Below the pieces are notes generated by a model, which saw nothing but the letters and a program-made list of their open reading frames with translations, did no database searches and was not told the origin of the DNA. Below are positions 9,532 through 18,519 of a stretch of DNA of 64,000 nt, one piece after another. Position 1 is the first letter of the stretch. Every line of letters begins with the position of its first letter. The DNA is taken from contig JACDGP010000005.1 of the NCBI GenBank assembly GCA_013821605.1, positions 14,099-78,098 on the forward strand. The letters are read 5' to 3'. The DNA is from Herpetosiphonaceae bacterium. Its GTDB lineage: Bacteria > Chloroflexota > Chloroflexia > Chloroflexales > Kallotenuaceae. Position numbers and translations under genes: made by a program.

Positions 9532-10554
9532 ATGGCGAGGGTATTGCTGATTCTACAGGATTTAGTTGCAACCGGATGGCTCACTATGACTACAAAACGT
9601 GCCTCTTATGTATTATGGACTGTACTCGCAATTGTGCTTAGCGTGAATATCATTGCGTATATGCAAGCACGTGCGATGACCCACTTTACTCAAGCGGGAC
9701 AACGAACCGAGCCTCCAGAGCGCCTATCGGTTGGTGCAAAAATTCGGACTGTGCTGTCAGGCGTCACGATCCCGCGACCGGAGAACCATCATACGCCTGC
9801 GGACCTCAAGTTACCTTATGCTGTACATTGGATTCATGAGCCAGATGGCACAAGACTGGAGGGCTGGATTGTGCCCTATCCAGATTCTCACGGCGTCGTC
9901 CTCCTTTTTCACGCCTATGCTGTGAGCAAGGAGACGTTGCTTGCTCCGGCCTCTGCTTTCCATGAGCTAGGCTACGATACTCTGCTCCTAGATTTTCGAG
10001 GATCGGGTGGATCAAGTGGGCATGAGACGAGCTTAGGGGTGAGAGAGGGAACCGATGTGGCATGGGCCGTCATCTATACACAACACATGTGGCCGGGCAA
10101 ACCAATCATATTGTACGGCGTATCGATGGGAGCCGTAGCAATTTTGCGAGCCATCGCTACGGCAGGTGTCGCACCTGCAGCTATTATCCTAGAAAGTCCC
10201 TTTGATCGGTTGGACACGGCGGTGACGAATCGAGTCCGGGCAATGGGGCTGCCCGGGTTTCCTGTGGCAGAATTGCTCGTATTCTGGGGCAGTATGCAGG
10301 AAGGATTCGATGGATTCGCGCACAATCCAGTCGACTACGCGACAACCGTACGCTGCCCCGCATTATTATTACTGGGTGATGAGGATGCGCGGGTGACGAT
10401 CGCGCAAGGAACTCATGTCTTTGATAAACTACACGAGCCCAAACAACTCGTACGCTTTCCCCACGCCAACCATGAGTTCTTGCTCCTAGAGGACCCGGTG
10501 ACGTGGCGACGACACGTAATGCAGTTTCTAGAGTCAGTTAAACAACATGTATGA
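9532..10554 (+). CDS. Membrane-anchored alpha/beta hydrolase (ABHD13/Bem46-like serine hydrolase)
   Basis: N-terminal TM YVLWTVLAIVLSVNIIAY, nucleophile elbow GVSMGAV, late HANHEF. ATG is preceded by AAGGAAAAA. GC is lower than in the flanks. Confidence 0.8.
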   Translation: MARVLLILQDLVATGWLTMTTKRASYVLWTVLAIVLSVNIIAYMQARAMTHFTQAGQRTEPPERLSVGAKIRTVLSGVTIPRPENHHTPADLKLPYAVHWIHEPDGTRLEGWIVPYPDSHGVVLLFHAYAVSKETLLAPASAFHELGYDTLLLDFRGSGGSSGHETSLGVREGTDVAWAVIYTQHMWPGKPIILYGVSMGAVAILRAIATAGVAPAAIILESPFDRLDTAVTNRVRAMGLPGFPVAELLVFWGSMQEGFDGFAHNPVDYATTVRCPALLLLGDEDARVTIAQGTHVFDKLHEPKQLVRFPHANHEFLLLEDPVTWRRHVMQFLESVKQHV

Positions 10555-10680
10555 GCAATCGTTCCAAAGGTTTGCGCGAAGAACAGGATATAGTATCTTT
10601 GTATTATATCTTACGACAGGCGCTCGCATCATGTTCAGCAACCTTTGAGGTGCGGAAGCCTCGATGTTTGCCATGGTATA

Positions 10681-11130
10681 TCAGCAAGCATGTCGCTCTG
10701 AGTCACGTTTTCGTTTGAGATCCCAAAGCGTCATTCCTATTCCGTTCAGCCATAGTGGCCAACAGACACCTAGTATGGCTAGTCGGAGGACAAATAGATG
10801 GGTATAACTATCTTCCCAGGTCGTCGGTTGGTAATGTTCTGGCCATCCAGTTTGGAAGAGTAAGACCAATAACGCACTGATCAAAAAACTTATCGGCACC
10901 CCACCCTTTTGCCACCGGCCGGAGGGCATCAGCCAGCCGCAGAAGCCGAGGAGGCTGAGAGGCAGCGCAAATTGAAGGAGAGGTCCAATCAGAAAATCAT
11001 AGATATTGAGATACCACGGTGCACTGGTATACAGACGATACGCGAAAATAACACTACTCAGTACAAGAGCTGTACTCATCCAACGCCTTGTAAGGAACCT
11101 CACCACTGTTGTAACCTTATCTACAGCCAT
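10681..11130 (-). CDS. Small 4-TM membrane protein (candidate immunity protein for the upstream RHS tip)
   Basis: 149-aa ORF with four hydrophobic segments, AT-rich like the toxin tip. It lies 270 nt downstream of the RHS-tip stop on the same strand. I recognise no family. Confidence 0.55.
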   Translation of the reverse strand: MAVDKVTTVVRFLTRRWMSTALVLSSVIFAYRLYTSAPWYLNIYDFLIGPLLQFALPLSLLGFCGWLMPSGRWQKGGVPISFLISALLVLLFQTGWPEHYQPTTWEDSYTHLFVLRLAILGVCWPLWLNGIGMTLWDLKRKRDSERHAC

Positions 11131-11400
11131 TCAGAGTTCTACCCTTTCTATATCCATCGGTGAAAGATGTGACCAAACACATCACTATTTTCTGGTTGCA
11201 CCTTAGGCCCGTCCTCATAATAGAAGAGGATGAAGGTGTTATTAAGGCAGACCGTCCTCCTCGGTCCGTGCCGTTTTCGCCGCAGGGTGATGCTAAGAAA
11301 CTGCCGTAACTACATAACCGTTACCAACCTCATGCTTATCGGAGTGCAATTGGTCTGGATCCTATCCCCTGAGTGCTACCTGAGCGATTACCTGTTGGGC

Positions 11401-12573
11401 TTAATGTATGGAACGGATTGCACTTTCTGATATTGACCAAACAGGGTTTGGTCTAGTTTTAGTACTATCAAAGAACTCGTTGTCAAGTGTAGTGTGTATG
11501 GCTCCATCGACCAACCAGTTCTCTGCTCCATCCACGTACTCTGGAACCAATAGAAATGCTTTTTCTGCGACATTTAGAGGTGAATTACCGGATGTAAAAT
11601 TGAGCTGTCTCACAACCGAGGCTGGCTTCTTAGCCATTTGCACATCAGCAGAAAGATTTACTATATCTTCCGTAATCATGAGGTCAATCTTAACACTAGG
11701 TAAATCAAGTGCCACATTCATGATAGTCTGCGCCCCTAAACTGTGACCTACTAAGATAATAGGTTCAACTGAACAGGTACTGCTGCTAACCGAGCGCACC
11801 AGTTGCTCAATACCCAGCGCATTATTCCAAGGTGCGATGAACGTCTTTCCAGGAATTATACCTTTACCAGCGAATCTACGCCCCATTTCCCACACGCTAA
11901 CCATATGTTGTGGATTAAATGGATCTTGAACATAAGTATCCGAGCCTAGACCTCCAACAAATACAGCTAAATTCCCAGAGGGATCAACTTTGTTTACGGG
12001 AGTGTTTTCGACGTAGGTATAGGGCACGGCAGTCTGCGGGAGAGTCAGTAATCCAGTAAATGGATCGCGTCCGACAAACTTGCCACTGTTTGGCTGATAC
12101 CATCTCGCCCGCAGGTTGACGAGCCCCGTCGTCACATCCTGCAATTCACCGGTAAAGCCAAAGCTGCCCGGCTGCGTCGTGCCCTCGACTTGCCCCCACG
12201 GGTCGTAGTTGATGGCTTTCAACGGCACCCCGCCATTGCTCAACACTTGGCGCCCACTGCCCAACACATCTGTCCCAAACCAGGTCTTCACGCCCCCTTG
12301 CACTGCTGTCAGCCGCTCGCGCCCATACAGGTAGGTGATGTTCGTCGTGCCGGTCGTGGACTGCAGGATTTGGGGCAAACTTGTCGCCAGGTCTTGCACA
12401 TACTGGGGTGTGGCTCCGCCTTGGGTCGTGCCGACCAGCATGCCATCGCCGTTGTAGGTCGAACTGGTCGTCGTATTGCCCGTGACGGTCGAGGTCAGCC
12501 GGTTGAGCGCATCGGACGGGAGCTGTGTGGTAAGCTCCCCGGTTGACATCGAGTATAGCAAACGTGACGTCAA
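11401..12573 (-). CDS. Orphan RHS C-terminal core fragment fused to an alpha/beta-hydrolase (lipase/esterase-like) toxin-type domain
   Basis: RHS core end ...INYDPWGQVEGTT..FGFTGELQDVTTGLVNLRARWYQPNSGKFVGRDPFTGLL, then VFVGGLGS...ILVGHSLGAQ (GxSxG). There is no RHS shell upstream. The ORF opens with TTG, and the first ATG is at 12549. Confidence 0.75.
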   Translation of the reverse strand: MTSRLLYSMSTGELTTQLPSDALNRLTSTVTGNTTTSSTYNGDGMLVGTTQGGATPQYVQDLATSLPQILQSTTGTTNITYLYGRERLTAVQGGVKTWFGTDVLGSGRQVLSNGGVPLKAINYDPWGQVEGTTQPGSFGFTGELQDVTTGLVNLRARWYQPNSGKFVGRDPFTGLLTLPQTAVPYTYVENTPVNKVDPSGNLAVFVGGLGSDTYVQDPFNPQHMVSVWEMGRRFAGKGIIPGKTFIAPWNNALGIEQLVRSVSSSTCSVEPIILVGHSLGAQTIMNVALDLPSVKIDLMITEDIVNLSADVQMAKKPASVVRQLNFTSGNSPLNVAEKAFLLVPEYVDGAENWLVDGAIHTTLDNEFFDSTKTRPNPVWSISESAIRSIH

Positions 12574-12674
12574 TAACCGGCGTCCACAACCGAAAAATGG
12601 CAGTCCATAAGTCCTATGATGGAAGGGTGGATAGGGGATACCGAGGTATTATCAGGGTAATGGGAGTTGAAGCC

Positions 12675-14136
12675 ATGCACATCTACGGGCGAGGCGGTCG
12701 ATTAAGCAGTCGGTTGGCGGTCACGAAGGTTTGGGTTTGTCTGGTTGTTTTGCTTGGTGCTAGCAGCCTGGGGGTGGCGGGTGCATCCGGCAGTGCCTTT
12801 ATCCGTGTTAATCAGATCGGCTACAGCACCAGCGGGATGAAGCAAGCGGTGTTGATGGCAAGTGGTTCGGAGAAGGGTGCGATCGTTAAGCTGGTTGACG
12901 CGGCGGGCGGTACCCTATGGAGTGGAGCGATTGGGCCAAAGCTGGGAGCGTGGAGCAGCGGTTTTCCCGATGTGTATCTGCTCGACTTCTCGACCGTCCA
13001 CATTGCCGGGAGCTATACACTGCAGGTCGCCGGCCCGATCAATGCGGCATCGCCCCCATTCCGGATCGACAGTGGTGCCAAGCTGTACAGCGCTTTGCTG
13101 CCCAATGCGCTCTTCTTTTATAACGCACAGCGGGATGGCGCCAATGTCGATCCGAGCGTGATGCAGCGCAAGCCGTCGCATTTGACGGATGAACAGGCTA
13201 CTATGTACCAGCCGCCGGTGTATCTTAATGGCCGGTTGCAGGGTGACTTGACGCCGATTGGGACAACTATTGATGTAAGCGGTGGCTGGTTCGATGCCGG
13301 CGACTATCTCAAATTCGTCCAAACGGCGAGCTATGTCGATGCTGCGATGCTTTTTGGGGTGCGGGAACATCCCGATGTGCTGGGGGCGGGGGCGGCGGAT
13401 TTTGCCAGCTAAGCACGCTTTGGCCTTGATTGGCTGCTCAAGATGTGGGACGACCAGACGCAGACGCTGAGCTATCAAGTTGGTATCGGCGATGGCAACA
13501 ACCAGATTGTTGCCGATCACGATGTGTGGCGCTTGCCACAAGCCGACGACCAGCTGCATGTACAACCCGGCGATGCGAAGTACTATATTAAGTACCGGCC
13601 GGTCTTTCGAACCGGCGATGCGGGTTCAGCAGTCAGCCCGAATCTTGCCGGCCGGTTGGCGGCCAGTTTTGGGCTGTGCTTTCAAGTGTATCGCTTAAGC
13701 GATCCCGCCTATGCTCAACGGTGTTTGATAGCCGGTGAGCGTATTTTTGATCTTGCTCAGACGACGCAGGTTGGACGACTCACGACAGCTTCGCCGCACA
13801 ATTATTACCCCGAGAGCGAGTGGGGCGACGACCTGGAACTCGGCGCGACCGAGCTTTATCTGGCGACGACGAGCGGCCCGCTGCCGCCGGGGTTGCCACA
13901 TTCCGACCCGGCGTACTACCTCCAGGGCGCCGCACAGTGGGCGGATGCGTATATACATGGACCGAACGATGGCGCAGACGCGCTTAATCTGTATGATGTT
14001 AGCGGGCTAGCACACGAGTGGCGCGCGCCGCTGCCCACCGGCAGGGGGCGATCCGTTCGCGGTTTTCAGCGGCCAGGGTGCGCGGTACAAGGATGACGTG
14101 CGCTCCTGGGTGACCGTTGAGCCGACGGACGACTAG
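12675..14136 (+). pseudogene. Glycoside hydrolase family 9 endoglucanase, disrupted
   Basis: Signal peptide, an Ig-like N-domain (FIRVNQIGY) and the GH9 motif DVSGGWFDAGDYLKF. In-frame TAA at 13410-13412 falls inside ...ADFAS*ARFGLDWLLKMW. A frame change and deletion lie near 14010-14045. The C-terminal signature YKDDVRSWVTVEPT is in the +1 frame and ends at TAG 14134-14136. I found no H-x-R signature. Confidence 0.8.
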
Positions 14137-14306
14137 ACCGTGCTCACGCTGCTGGCTTTTGCAGATATGGTCGCCAGGCAGTGACCCAAGGATAGCCAAA
14201 TGGGTAGCTGACGTTAGGATGATGGAGGGTACCTCTTTCGCCCGATGTTCGGTATGCTAGCCATGAGCGGGACTGGGTTTTGAGGTTATGGTGAAGAGGA
14301 ACGAAG

Positions 14307-15500
14307 ATGACGAGCGACCGAGAGTCGTTTGCGCCTGAGACGGATGCGTGCCCTGAGCGGGAACGCACTTTCCGCACCTTCGTTGAGGCAATCCCGCAGA
14401 TCGTGTGGACTGCCACTCCCGAGGGTGGGCTTGACTATTATAACCAGCGCTGGTGCGATTATACCGGCATGACCTTGGAGCAGACGCTGGGCTGGGGTTG
14501 GCAACCGGTGCTGCATCCCGACGATCTCCAGCAGTGCCTGGATTGCTGGACACAGGCGGTCACGACTGGTGAACCTTACGAAGTCGAATACCGCTTCAAA
14601 CGTGCGAGTGACGGCCTGTATCGTTGGCATTTGGGACGCGCGCTGCCAGCCCGGAATGCCGAAGGCCAGATCATGAAGTGGTTTGGCACATGTACCGACA
14701 TTGATGATCAGAAACGGGCCGAAGCAGCACTCCGTGAGCTGCAGCACCAGCTAGAGCAACTGGTGGCAGTCCGCACGCAGGCGTTGGAGGCGAAAACAGA
14801 CGAACAAGAAAGCTTTGTGTACACGGTCGCGCATGATCTGAAGGCTCCGCTGGTATCGTTGCAAGCTCTGGCTACGCTGCTGATTGAGGAGTATGCGGCG
14901 CAGCTTGATCCGAAGGCTCAAGGCTACTTGGAGCGTATCAACGTGAATGTCAGCAGAATGCACCTGCTGATGGACGAACTGCTTGAGCTGTCGCGGATTG
15001 GGCGTGTCGACGTGGAGATGTCATGCGTACAGCTTGATGGGCTGGTACAACAGACCTTGGAGCAGCTACGAGATACCCTGGTAGCCCGGAGGGCTGAGGT
15101 TGCCATTGTAGGGCGGTTGCCAGTGGTTTGGGCCAATCCCGCGCGAGTGACGCAAATTTTTATGCATTTGATCGACAATGCGGTGCAGTACACACCGCGA
15201 GAGCGAGTGCCACGCATCCAGATAACGAGTGCAGACAATGGAAATTCTTGGGAAGTTGTGGTGCGGGACAACGGGACTGGCATCCCTGTCGCATTTCGTT
15301 CCAAGATTTTTGAACCTTTCCAGCGCCTGCCAAGTGGTAAAGCGCTGTATCCCCAGGGTACGGGCATCGGGTTGACGATTGTAGCCCGGATTGTTGCTGC
15401 GCTTAGCGGTAAGCTGTGGATCGATTCAGAGGAAGGTGTTGGCACAGCTCTGCACTTCACCTTGCCCAAACCGATGCTCGCGGAGCAGGTCAACGAATAG
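14307..15500 (+). CDS. PAS-domain sensor histidine kinase
   Basis: PAS region (FRTFVEAIPQIVWTATPEGGLDYYNQRW), H-box VAHDLKAPL, N-box DNAVQY, G-boxes DNGTGIP and GTGIGL. Confidence 0.92.
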   Translation: MTSDRESFAPETDACPERERTFRTFVEAIPQIVWTATPEGGLDYYNQRWCDYTGMTLEQTLGWGWQPVLHPDDLQQCLDCWTQAVTTGEPYEVEYRFKRASDGLYRWHLGRALPARNAEGQIMKWFGTCTDIDDQKRAEAALRELQHQLEQLVAVRTQALEAKTDEQESFVYTVAHDLKAPLVSLQALATLLIEEYAAQLDPKAQGYLERINVNVSRMHLLMDELLELSRIGRVDVEMSCVQLDGLVQQTLEQLRDTLVARRAEVAIVGRLPVVWANPARVTQIFMHLIDNAVQYTPRERVPRIQITSADNGNSWEVVVRDNGTGIPVAFRSKIFEPFQRLPSGKALYPQGTGIGLTIVARIVAALSGKLWIDSEEGVGTALHFTLPKPMLAEQVNE

Positions 15501-15555
15501 CACGTATTAGCACTCGCCTAGCGGCGTACATTGAAATTGGAAAGGGTTGCATAGC

Positions 15556-15975
15556 ATGCAAGACAACCAACCATTACACGTTTATGTGGTCGATGATGAT
15601 CCCGATCACGTCATGATTATTCAACTTGTCCTACAAGGCGCTGAGCAGCCAACGACCGTTGAAACGATCGGTGATGGAGCAGCTGCCCTCGACGCACTAC
15701 AGTCGGCTCAAGTTCAGCCAGATTTGATCCTGCTCGACATCAACATGCCGGGCTTATCAGGACTTGACGTGCTCGCTCGGATTAAGAACGACGCACATTT
15801 ACAGCGCATTCCGGTTGTGATGCTGACCTCATCAACGTTACAAGCCGATATTGCTCGCGCTTATACCGTTGGTGCAAGTGGTTATATTGAGAAGGGACAA
15901 TATTTGCATGATTTGCGTGCAGTCTTAGGCAACACCTTGCTGTATTGGTCTGCTATGAAGCGTCCGGCGGCTTGA
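15556..15975 (+). CDS. Single-domain response regulator (CheY-like receiver)
   Basis: VYVVDDDPD, DLILLDINMPG, VVMLTSS, GYIEKG. ATG at 15556 (15547 is TTG). Confidence 0.9.
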   Translation: MQDNQPLHVYVVDDDPDHVMIIQLVLQGAEQPTTVETIGDGAAALDALQSAQVQPDLILLDINMPGLSGLDVLARIKNDAHLQRIPVVMLTSSTLQADIARAYTVGASGYIEKGQYLHDLRAVLGNTLLYWSAMKRPAA

Positions 15976-15988
15976 AGGAGCTTATGCT

Positions 15989-16915
15989 ATGGTTGAACCA
16001 CAGATTTTGCTGGCAGCAAAACAAACGAACGAAATGCGGCAGATTGTACGCTGCATCGAAGAGATCACCTTGCGAATCCCCATCTATATTACAACCCCTG
16101 AAGCTGTCATCGATTGGCTCGTGGACAACGACTGTGATCTGTGCTTGCTTGATGATTCGCTACCGCGAACCGATCCACTGGAGTTCGTCACCCGCATTCA
16201 CCAACGGAAGCCCGACCTCTCCATTATCATGCTGTCGGCCAATCAATCGGCGCAGGCAGCGGTTGCAGCCTTTCACGTGGGAGTAGTCGATTATGTGCCT
16301 AAGCAATCGGGCTTCCAGAATGTTATCGCGCGCCACCTAGGGGAGTATATGCAAAAGCGTACCGGGACAAGTGAGCGTACCATCGCGACCGGTGATGTAG
16401 CGCTACCGGCGGCGATGGCGCGTGCCACGTACCAGAATCGGCTGCGCGTGATTGGACGGCAACTCGATTTGTACGGCTACCATTCGATTAACCTGTTAGA
16501 AGTTGGCGGAGGATTTCTGGTACGTGCATTAGCGAAGGGCAATCGTACACCGCAAGCCTTGGAGTTTTCGGATCGTGACTTTCCGCAACTCGTGATCGAT
16601 GGCCTCAAGCAACGGGGCGAGAAACGGCGCCCGCGCGCAAAATCAGAGTTGTTACCCACCGGATATGAAGATTTTTTGCGAGCATTAGGATATCGCTTTG
16701 ATGCGAAAGTGGCCGAAGCTATCACAGTCGCCGAGCTTGACCGTTTCATCGTGATAGGGGGGGTGGCGTTGGTTGAAGGCACGGTTCAACAATCGCTGGC
16801 ACCATTTCAGGCCTTTCTGCAGCCAGACGACATTTTGTCGATAGTTAATGAAGCTGTGCGGCGCCGATCAACTCAGCAGCAGCCTAGACTTTTCAACCAC
16901 CTTATTAAGCGCTAA
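15989..16915 (+). CDS. Atypical receiver-like domain fused to an uncharacterised domain of about 180 aa
   Basis: The N-terminal 120 aa follow a REC pattern (DLCLLDDSLP, IIMLSAN, VDYVPKQ), but the acidic pair is replaced (ILLAAKQ). I do not recognise the C-terminal domain (YGYHSINLLEVGGGFLVRAL...YEDFLRALGY). GAAGGAG precedes the ATG. Confidence 0.7.
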   Translation: MVEPQILLAAKQTNEMRQIVRCIEEITLRIPIYITTPEAVIDWLVDNDCDLCLLDDSLPRTDPLEFVTRIHQRKPDLSIIMLSANQSAQAAVAAFHVGVVDYVPKQSGFQNVIARHLGEYMQKRTGTSERTIATGDVALPAAMARATYQNRLRVIGRQLDLYGYHSINLLEVGGGFLVRALAKGNRTPQALEFSDRDFPQLVIDGLKQRGEKRRPRAKSELLPTGYEDFLRALGYRFDAKVAEAITVAELDRFIVIGGVALVEGTVQQSLAPFQAFLQPDDILSIVNEAVRRRSTQQQPRLFNHLIKR

Positions 16916-16966
16916 GTGGAACGAGGATCACGAACAACAAAGCTAGGCGCTGCCCCATGAGGTTAT

Positions 16967-17362
16967 TCAGTAGGCACCTAGTTCATGTAGCCGCTCGTCA
17001 TCGATGCCCCAGTGGTGTGCAAGTTCGTGCAGAACCGTTCGTCGCACCTGACGGGTCAGAGCAGTACGTGATGGGAAGTCGCGGAGCAGGACATCGGCGA
17101 AAATCGTGATCACGTCGGGGGCTACCAGATTGTAGCCCTGGTTGCGGGCCGACAGTGGAATGCCTTCATATAGGCCGTAGAGGTCGTGGCCGCTCGCGAG
17201 ATGGACGGCGTGGCGCTGGGCTTCGGTGGGACGGGCCGCAACCATCACCACCAGATTGGCACTGGCCAGCCGCGCTGCAAACACCGGCGGCAAGGCTGCC
17301 AATGTTGCGCTGACGATCGCTTCGACGTCGCCCTGATCGCATAGTCCTGTATCGTCCATCAC
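16967..17362 (-). CDS. Small zincin-like metallopeptidase-family protein (Zincin_1/DUF1025-like)
   Basis: 131 aa with C-terminal HELAHHWGIDDERLHELG. Confidence 0.7.
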   Translation of the reverse strand: MMDDTGLCDQGDVEAIVSATLAALPPVFAARLASANLVVMVAARPTEAQRHAVHLASGHDLYGLYEGIPLSARNQGYNLVAPDVITIFADVLLRDFPSRTALTRQVRRTVLHELAHHWGIDDERLHELGAY

Positions 17363-17411
17363 CTGTTTTCCTCCGTACCTATCACAAGCTGAATGTCACG
17401 ATGCCTAGGCA

Positions 17412-18284
17412 TTACACCCTTGATGACTCGCTAGCCCTGGGTTTATGGGCGACGAACAAGCCGTAGTCCATGGCTCCGTCGAGATAGGCCTGCCGGAGGT
17501 CGGCGAAGGATGCCGTAAAGGCAGCCACGTCGCGGCCTAGATGATCACTGAGCCAGCGGAGCAACGGGCGTTGTTGCAGTGCGATGGATAGATCCCAGGT
17601 CCGGATGACGTGCGGTGTAATGAGGCGCACGGCTACATCCTCGAAGCCGGCCGCGCGCAACCAGGTTTCGTAGTCAGCCGCACTGCCGAAAGGGGGACAT
17701 AACATACCGTGGGCCACGGCCTGGCGTAATTGGGTCGCTTGCGAGCTCGCATCGGTGCTGGCGAGCCAAGCAGCCAGCGCCAACGTGCCGCCAGGTGCAA
17801 GTACACGGTAGGCTTCGCGGGCGAAGTGTACACGATCGGATAAGTGCTCGCTACATTCTATGCACCACACGAGCGTGCGGGAGCCATCTGCGACATCCCA
17901 GGTGTGCTGGGCATCAGCAACCTGTACCTGTAGGCGGTGGGTCAGATGCTGGCGGCGGATGTTGATGTGGCCGATCAATTGCTGGAAGCGGCTTAAGGTG
18001 ATGCCTTGCCCTTGCAGTCGAGCATGGTGCGCCAACCAGATCAACGAGCCAGCATAGCCACAGCCGATATCGATGAGCTGTCCTTCCTGCGGCGCGCCGG
18101 CGAAGGCATAGAGTTCTTGGATGAGCCGTTCCTGGGCCACGGCTTGCCCAGACTGATCGGTAGCATCGTCCCAATAGCCATGATGGACATGTTGGCCCCA
18201 GAGCAGATAATAAAATGGTGCCAGCAAATTATAATGGTTGCGAATCCGTTGGGTGAGGTTGTTTCCCGCTGTGGTCGTTGCCAT
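17412..18284 (-). CDS. Class I SAM-dependent methyltransferase
   Basis: HYNLLAPFYYLLWGQHVHHGYW leader and motif I LIDIGCGYAGS. Resembles the gamma-tocopherol/sarcosine-type methyltransferase family. Confidence 0.85.
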   Translation of the reverse strand: MATTTAGNNLTQRIRNHYNLLAPFYYLLWGQHVHHGYWDDATDQSGQAVAQERLIQELYAFAGAPQEGQLIDIGCGYAGSLIWLAHHARLQGQGITLSRFQQLIGHINIRRQHLTHRLQVQVADAQHTWDVADGSRTLVWCIECSEHLSDRVHFAREAYRVLAPGGTLALAAWLASTDASSQATQLRQAVAHGMLCPPFGSAADYETWLRAAGFEDVAVRLITPHVIRTWDLSIALQQRPLLRWLSDHLGRDVAAFTASFADLRQAYLDGAMDYGLFVAHKPRASESSRV

Positions 18285-18519
18285 GTTGCATCCCCTCGCT
18301 TCGTCACAACACTATACAGGACCCTTGGCGTATCAGATACAGCCGGGGCTACCTATAAGCTTGTGCTCGGTTCGTGCCATACTTTGCCGAGTCGTGAAAT
18401 GTGTAGCTGCACCTCACAACAGGATAGCCGATATGCCAGCATGCCAACAGCCTCGCCGACGGCGCCGTGGAGGGACAACCGGACCGCTAAGCGCTAGCAA
18501 AGATACACGTGCGAGAGCT

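Noticed and set aside
12543-12674. N-terminal extension of the GH9 ORF overlapping the RHS fragment
   Set aside because: A signal-peptide-bearing start with an RBS exists at 12675. The extension overlaps the opposite-strand RHS ORF and has no coding character.
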